Positions 56,296-64,000 of a stretch of DNA of 64,000 bases are shown here, piece after piece; the first letter of the stretch is position 1, and the number at the start of each line of letters is the position of its first letter. The notes below the pieces were generated by a model. It did no database searches and had not been told where the DNA came from. It was given only the letters and a program-made list of their open reading frames with translations. The position numbers were made by a program, and so were the translations under genes. The stretch is from Camelus dromedarius (Eukaryota), in NCBI RefSeq assembly GCF_036321535.1, contig NC_087437.1, forward strand, positions 117,182,001 to 117,246,000, read 5' to 3'.

Positions 56296-56466
56296 TTTTT
56301 ATTTTATTTTATTTATTAAAATGTTTTTTGCTTTTGTTTTTTGAGGGGGGAGGTAATTAGGTTTATTTATTTTAATTTATTTTTTCATGGAGGTACTGGG
56401 GATTGAACCCAGAACCTCCTGCATGCTAAGCATGCGCTCTACCACTGAGCTATATACCCTCCCCAC
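56296..56466 (-). mobile_element. tRNA-derived SINE (Vic-1-like)
   Basis: ggaggtactggggattgaacccagaacctcctgcatgctaagcatgcgctctaccactgagcta. Confidence 0.88.
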
Positions 56467-59234
56467 TTATTTTATTTTTTATGAAATATTTTTTAATAAT
56501 TGAAAAATGAATACACGTGCACACAGAACAATTAAAGCGGTTCAGAAGTTGCTTGCAGTGGAAATTATTCTTCCTCCCATTTCAGAGCCCTGTCACTCTG
56601 GTTCTGCCTCTGAGGTGGGCTGGCTTCACAGGCCTGCCGCCCGGGAAGTCACACAGGGCCGCATGCTCAAGAGAGCTCTCTGCCTAGTTTGATGCTCCAC
56701 TGTCGCTGTCTTGAAATTTATTATGATTTTTGAACAAGAGATACCTTGTGCTTTTTACACCAGCCCTGCAAATTATGTATCCAGTTCCTGCTCTGACCAA
56801 TCAGCGTTGGCAATTTCTGGTTTGGCTTTCTAGAAATTTTTGATGTATATTAATGACTGTATATAACTTAAAAATGGGGGCGTACTCTATACAGTTCGTT
56901 CTTTTTACTTAATAATCGTATCTCAGGGAGCATTGCCTAGCTGCACATACTCCTGATTTTAATGGCTGCATAATGTTTCATTGATTGAGACGTTTATTAT
57001 TGGCAGAGTCCTCTAAGGGGGAACGGTCTTTCACAGCTACAAATATTGCTGTAGAAACCCGCTTAGGCACCCAGAGCTTTGTATTCAGTCTGAGCGTATA
57101 TGTGTAGGATAAACTCCTAGAAGGTGTGCTGAGGTAGAGCATATATGCATATGCGTATATACGCATCTCACGTTTCAGTAGATCTTGGCAAATGGCCATG
57201 GCACCAGCTGACATTTTCAAACGTAGTTTGAGAATGGCTAGTTCCCTGTGACTTGGACAACACTGTACATGCAAACTTTTGGATCTCTGCCAATGTTTTA
57301 GATGAAAAATGTGTTCTCACTGCTTTGCCTTGGATTTCTGTCTTTATGGGTGAGGCCTAACGTCTCTTCCTCTGTTGATAAGCTGTCTGTGTTCTGTGAC
57401 TGGCTGTTTTTCTGTTTGGTTACAGGTATTGTTTGTTGGTTTGTCTGCGTACAAAGGGAAGTCGCCCTTTCACTATCATAGATGTTGAAATAGTTTCCCA
57501 TGTTTCTTATTTGTCTTTTAACTTTTTAAAGTGATTTTTTTGGAATAAAGAACTTAAAAAATTTTGAAATTTTTTTTTAATGGTTCCCACACTCCTAGTC
57601 TTGTTTAGAAAATCGTTCTGTGCTCTAAAATCATCAAGAGAATCATCTTATGTTTTCTTCTAGTATTTTTCCAGTGAAAGTAGGATTTTTAACGTCTTAC
57701 TTTTATTTTAACTGTCCTAGTTACAGTAGAGACAATATTGAGGTATTTTCTTTCAACCTATGTTAACTCCCAGGGTAAAAGGTTTGCAGGTATTTTTCTG
57801 CTATAAAAATAAAAATAAAACCTCAAAGGCATTTCTTACTCTGTTTTGCTGTGATCTAGCAATGTTTTTCATTTTAATTGTGGAGGAAAAAGAAAAGATT
57901 TTCCGAGTAAGAAAAAAGACTTCAATTTTTAAGATGTATTTTCCTATTATAAGTATGGCTCTAGTGAAATAAGCATAGAAACTATTTTATGTTTAACTGT
58001 ATTTAATTCTTTTCAGTTCTGCCTTCAGAGAAATATTAGTCGTTTATCTTACTTGCTGCTTTGCTAAATTTGCTTTTCTGCAGTCCGTGGATATTCTTAA
58101 CAAAAAAGTGCATTAATGAGGCAGAGGGCTTTGTGTCTAGAAAGTAGTAAAAATGATTGTTTGTATTGTAGGTGCAGATTTTAAAAGGAGACTCAAAGGT
58201 TCTGAAGGATATGTCAGGTTTAAAATGGCAGAAATCCAGATGGTAACTATTTCTTTCCACAAGATGGAAATGTGTTCTGTCGGAATAACTCTATTATTTA
58301 AGTTGACTCACTAGACTCTGGGGATTCTTGAATGGTCACCCAGAAGCCGTACCTGATGATGGCAGCAGGTAGAGGGGACGTCAAGGACAAGCAGTGGATT
58401 TCTCGGCACCAGGGCAGTGAGCAGACTGGAGGGCAGGGCTAGTCCTGAGTACCACCGTGCCCCTGCCAGGCTGAATGCCTGCTGCTCTGTGCAAAGCTGA
58501 TGAAGACGTTATCCCAAGGGCATGGCAGACAGCTCTTAGCTAGAGAAAGGAGACACCAGATGGGAAGCCAGGCACAGCGGAGGCCAGGTTACCCGTCTGG
58601 CAGAGGAGTAGTAACTGGGGGTAGCAAACTGGTCTGGCGATGCCAAGTTGGAGTCTGTGCACCTTAGCCGAGGTGAGGGCTGGGATGCCTGCCTGGACCT
58701 GGACACAACCAGAGGGGACCTTGACCGTTCAACAGAGAGACAAGTATCTCTGGGGACTCCGGGCTGCAAGGGAGGACAGGATGCCCGCCCAATTAGGGCA
58801 GGGGGAGGGCGTTCTCAACACATCGATGCTACCGAACAAGCAACTTCATGTTATTAAAATTTTATTATGCAATATGCTGGAGATGAGAAAAACATATAGC
58901 TTATACACGAGTAATAAAAGTGAACAGCCGTGCACACACCATAGGTTTGAGAAGTGTGATATCCCCAGAAATTTAGAAGCACACTGAGTGCATCACCCCC
59001 TTCGCGTCCAGCTCCCTCGGCACGAGAGGGAGCCAGTGTCGTGAATTTTGTGTTCACCATTCCTTTTCTTTTCTTGCATCTCCCTTGTGTATATACCTAA
59101 GCAACAGGGTTATTGACTGGGCTTCCTGAGTGTAAGGACTGAGATCTTCAACAAGTGTAGAAAATTATTAGGTATGTATTTTGAGTATGGCTTCTTCCCC
59201 ATGATCTCTCTCTTTTAAAAAAATTTTAACTTAA

Positions 59235-59266
59235 AAAAGTTTTTATTTTGGGGGGGGGGATTAGTT

Positions 59267-59305
<39 letters not shown>

Positions 59306-59404
59306 CTTACTTACTTACTTACTTAATGGCAGTATTGGGTATTGAACCCGGGACCTCAAGCACACACTCTACCCCTGAGCCCCTGAGCTATACCCCATCC
59401 CCCA
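59235..59404 (-). mobile_element. Degenerate SINE with (TTTA)n/(CTTA)n tail
   Basis: gggtattgaacccgggacctc ... ctgagctatacccc. Confidence 0.7.
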
Positions 59405-60166
59405 TATTATCTCTTAGTTTCTCCTAAAGCACCTGTAAGACGTGTGTTAGACCATCTCATTCTCTCTTCTCATTCTTCTCATTTTTCTATAATAATATTT
59501 CTTCTGCATTTCCCATCTTTTTTTCTTTTTTCCTTCTCCAGGTAATGTCTTTGGTTGCATTTCCCAGTTAGCTAAGTTTTTCATCTGATGTGTCTGGTTG
59601 GCTATGTAACCCACATTTTCACTTTTAGGAGGACTTTTTGGTTCTTTTCCAAGTTTGCTTCCTTGTTTTCTCTAGTTTATTTCTTGTGTTTTCAGGCTTC
59701 TCTTTCATTTCTTTATCTATATTAAATATAGATATTTTATGCTTTCTGCCTGATAATTCCAGGCAGAGATCTGAGTGTGTGCTCCGCGATTTCTGCTGGC
59801 TTTCACTCATAGGCTACATCTACTTCCCTATTTATTTTGTCATTTTTGACTCTGAACTGTTCATTTTAAAAACGTTATTTGTGGATACTCTTTGAGGCCT
59901 GGAATTTGTTTCTGCTAGTTTCCTGGGAGCTCAATAAAAGCTAGAACCCTTTTACATTGGTTTCTGGATCACACATGCCTTGGGAATTTGGATCACAAGC
60001 TCTCATGAATTTTGGCTTGTGTTTAGAATGTCTCAGGGAAGAATGCCTTCTCTTTCACTGAGCACCAAAGTTGAATCAGGCAAGTTTCCTTCCTTTCTAG
60101 TTTTCATGGGAGGGTTATTTCTCATTTATACTTACATTGAGCATAGAGCCCTCAATGGGGTTCTAC

Positions 60167-60628
60167 TGTGTGTGTGTGTGTGTGTGTATGTATATACGTG
60201 CATGTATGTGTATATCTCTGTCTGTATAGATATGTGTGTCTGTGTATATGTTTATATGCAAATATATGTATATGTATATGTGCACATATTTGCGTATATA
60301 TGTATTTGTATGTGTATCTATGTATATGTGTATGTCATGTTCTTGCATGTGCATGTATATGTGTATATATGAGCATGTATGTGTATATGTGTGTCTGTAT
60401 ATGTGTATGTATATGTGTGCACATGTTATATATGTGTGTGTGTATCTATATATCTGTGCATGTACGTTCTCATATATTATGCATATATATGTGTATATGT
60501 ATATATTATGTGTGTGTGTCTGTATGCATATCTATACATCTGTGTATAAATCTGTATGTATGTGTGTGCTTGTATGTGCATATGTATGTATGTGTATCTA
60601 TATGTGTGTATATGTATGTGTGTGTGTT
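60167..60628. repeat. ~460-bp imperfect (TG/TA)n low-complexity tract
   Basis: Direct reading; nearly continuous purine-pyrimidine alternation. Confidence 0.92.
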
Positions 60629-61595
60629 TTATAAAACTCCACCTCAAGGAGACCCTGGCTTTAGCTCCGTCCCTGTTTTCTCTCTGTGGCATCAGAGTGG
60701 AAGATGAAGGTCTCCTGGGTTTGTAAGGAGCTCTCAGCCTGGATGGAAGCCTTGGTGTGTGCTTATTCTTAGGACTCTTGATCTCACGTGGCTATATTCT
60801 TTTTTTTTTTTGTACCAGCTTAGCAATGCTTTTATGATTTATTTTTTTCTTAATCTGATTTAAGTTTTTTTTTTGAGTTGGTGTTTCAGGGCATCTAATC
60901 TGCCATATTAACATAACTGGAAGTTGAAAAAAACATTTCATACTTACGATTTTCTACATCTATTTGTTAACATCAAGTAAAAAGCCCTGACCCACTGCTC
61001 TTCAGTCTGAAATTCTGAAGAAGCTATTTGGATTTAAGTTGAAGCAAAAGACAATCTCCTCAACTGTAGGAAAGCCTGTCTTGACTTGAAAGCTTCTACA
61101 GTTGGCAACTAGAGATGATCAGATATTTATCTATAGAATTTTGGGGAAATGGCATAAATTTACTTTATTACATTTTACCTACTTACTACTACTGCTGTTA
61201 ATGCCTCTGTCCTGTAATCTTTTTAACACCACCTAGAAAGTGTGTGATCCAGGAGTCAATCAGAATTTCTGATACCAAAGAATCACTTACTCATGAAGCT
61301 GTATTTCCTTAGCTAAGATTTGAGGCAGCTTACAAAAGTACTGTCAGTACAAAAGAATAAAATTAATCACTGAGAGAATCAAGGCAAGAGGTAGGAAAAT
61401 AGTGAAGCTTTGGCTAGGATAAACACACAGGAATTACATAACATTTTCTTCCCAATAGAAGTGGCCTGTCTTTGGGTTTAAGCTCTTAACACACATGATA
61501 GTAGGGCAGGCAGTAACCCAACCATGTTGATTTGAGGGTTGTCCTGTTCATTCAGGCCAGACTCAACCATACCTGCTGAAGCCCTTGGCAACACT

Positions 61596-61722
61596 GTTTT
61601 TTTGTTAAATTTTTTTTGAGGGGGAGGTAATTAAGTTTATTTGTTTATTTATGTAATGGAAGCACTGGGGATCGAACCCAGGACCTCATGCGTGCTAGGC
61701 ATGCGCTCTACCACTGAGCTAG
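61596..61722 (-). mobile_element. tRNA-derived SINE (Vic-1-like)
   Basis: ctggggatcgaacccaggacctcatgcgtgctaggcatgcgctctaccactgagcta. Confidence 0.85.
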
Positions 61723-62280
61723 TTTGTTTAGGGCTGGACCCACCTGGTGACATGCTGACCTGGGTGTGGCCTGGCGTGGGGGGCGGAACTTCACAGGTTT
61801 CACATCTCTCTATAGTTTTTCCCATTTTGGCAACACGAGTGTCTTTCTAAGCCTTCCACAATCCTGTGGCTCCTGGTATCGGAGGGGCCTGAGACAGGTC
61901 AGGTCTGGGCCCTTAGAGACTGCTGTGATACTAGCAGAGAAATCCTAAGTTGTCAGAGTCTTTTTAGTCCTGTGTTGTTTGGACCCCAATCAGAGTCCAA
62001 ATCCATAGGAACAAATTACAGGGAAACCGGCTAAAGACGTGAAACTTTTGGAGAAGCCTTTTACTATGTGTATCTGGGTCTTGTCAACAATTCCTGAACA
62101 TGGATAATTTGTGTGTGTGTGTGAATTCTCACCGCACTGTAACAGGCAGAGTGAAAGGATGAAAAAAACAAATGTAAACTTCCTACCTTTTGGGGTTAGT
62201 CATCTCAGGCAAAGCAAATGAGTGTAATCTTTTGTGTTAGCTCCTAACTTAATGAGTAATAAATATAAAGATCGACTTAG

Positions 62281-62466
<186 letters not shown>

Positions 62467-63139
62467 TGAGGTCAAATTTCACATCCAAGACTGTTTAATA
62501 AGTGGTGATCTTTAAATTAACATGGTTTTAATACACTTCTTATTCTGATGGAGTCTTTTGCATAGAGATAATGCATGGTTTCTACTAAAACATGTTTCAA
62601 AACTGTGCTTTTATTGTTTTTGCTCTGTTTACACCTTGTTACAGTAAGCTTTACAATACCTAAGTTAAGAAATATCATTGCATTAAATAATCTTAAGTGC
62701 ATTAATTAAATATGTAAAAATATACATCCTCAGATTATGTCTATGAAATTACTTTGTTACAAATTTCTCATAACAGCTTATATTAGTTAATTTAATAGTG
62801 ATCTGTGCTCCTAGATGAGTTATTTTTATTTAAAATAAATTGAATTTTGATTTTTTAGTCTGATAGGAGGGAAAAAGTAAGGTCTAGACTCAAGAACAAG
62901 ATAAGTGTCATCAAGTTTTTCCCTCCCGTGTTGTTTCATCTTTGATTATGTATAATTATATCAGTTAGATAAATAATTATGCTAATAAAGCAAATACCAT
63001 GAATTTGAGTGCCTAGTGGAGACCACCTGGATTCACTTTTTCTTGTCTTCACTGCATGCCTTGCCTCTTCCAAGTGTCTCATACAGGACTCTCCATAGAT
63101 ACAAGTCAAGCACACATTTGTCTAATTCAGTTACTTAAT

Positions 63140-63195
63140 ATTTTTTGGTGGAAGGAGGTAGTTAGGTTTGTTTGTTTGTTTGTTTGTTTGTTTGT

Positions 63196-63226
<31 letters not shown>

Positions 63227-63307
63227 TTCAATGGAGGGATGGGGGATTGAACCCTGGACCTCGTGCATGCTAAGCACATGCTCTACCACTGAGCTATACC
63301 TTCCCCT
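63140..63307 (-). mobile_element. tRNA-derived SINE (Vic-1-like) with (TTTG)n(TTTA)n tail
   Basis: gggattgaaccctggacctcgtgcatgctaagcacatgctctaccactgagctatacc. Confidence 0.88.
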
Positions 63308-64000
63308 ATTTCTTAATTAATTTGTTTGCTTGTGCCCAGAGTCATTTCAAGAGATTTGTGATGACTGAGTCCAAATTAATTCTCAGTGTAGGAGAAACAG
63401 CTCCAAGTCCTGCCTTATGGAGGCGGGTCTGTCTCAGAGGCAGGTGGGCGGGTGTCCACGTTCTTCAGATCACGCGTCTGTGGTTTCTTAGAACTTGGTT
63501 AACGTGTGCAGGTGCAGCACCAGGTCCTTCTCCAAAAAGTAACATGTAGATTTCACAGTTGGTTAAGGGTTTTATAGGAGGAAGAAGCCTTGCCTTTTAA
63601 TGAAATACCTTCTGGCTTTGGTCAACTTAAATGCAACATATTTCACACACTTTATTAACAGTTTTAAAAGTGCTAAAGACATCACTTTATTTATTTGTTT
63701 TATTTGGTATAGGAGTTTGTTAACTGAGTCACCTTAGTTTAGCTGTTACGTTTAAGAGATGGCGCCTAGTGTTAAGATACATTTCTTGGTGAGGACACTT
63801 CTGTCTTGAAGAAGGAAAGGAAGGGTGGAGGGAAGAGTGTTTTAGGCAACGGTAAAAGCAAGTGCAAAGGCCCTGAGGCAGGAAAGAGCTTGGCAATTTC
63901 TAAGACCTGCCATGAGGCCTGAGTCACTGGAGTGAGGGGAAGGGGCACCATGGGAGGTGGGAAGGGCAGGTGGGTGGGCCATGGGCCACAGCAGGACTCT

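Noticed and set aside
57139..57165. Adjacent short palindromes GCATATATGC and GCGTATATACGC
   Set aside because: Low-complexity RY expansion inside an old L1-like fragment
59980..60707. Cys/Val/Tyr-rich ORFs up to 179 aa
   Set aside because: Translation artefacts of the TG/TA tract

Overview
Mammalian genomic DNA, not prokaryotic. It is most likely camelid, judging by an abundant tRNA-derived SINE resembling Vic-1 and cetartiodactyl-type L1 tails. The window carries the conserved GET1(WRB)-LCA5L-SH3BGR cluster (syntenic with human 21q22.2). GET1 coding exons 2-5 and its 3'UTR lie on + (1429-~6130). The complete LCA5L CDS lies on - (7 coding exons, 31543->17105, 2010 nt, 669 aa), with a CpG-island promoter at ~44.7-45.4 kb. 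SH3BGR coding exons 1-3 lie on + (47255-62421) and the gene continues past the window. The rest is introns and intergenic DNA with SINEs, L1/L2, solo LTRs, DNA-transposon fossils and microsatellites. The most notable oddities are: a weak GC donor on GET1 exon 2; a ~92% GC patch that has recoded part of the last LCA5L exon; an in-frame candidate alternative terminal exon of LCA5L with its own AATAAA; a protein-like relic at ~32.7-33.5 kb; and phase compatibility for a GET1-SH3BGR read-through. I found no evidence for a wholly new multi-gene system. Human protein comparisons and repeat family names are from memory, and repeat boundaries are approximate unless TSDs are given.
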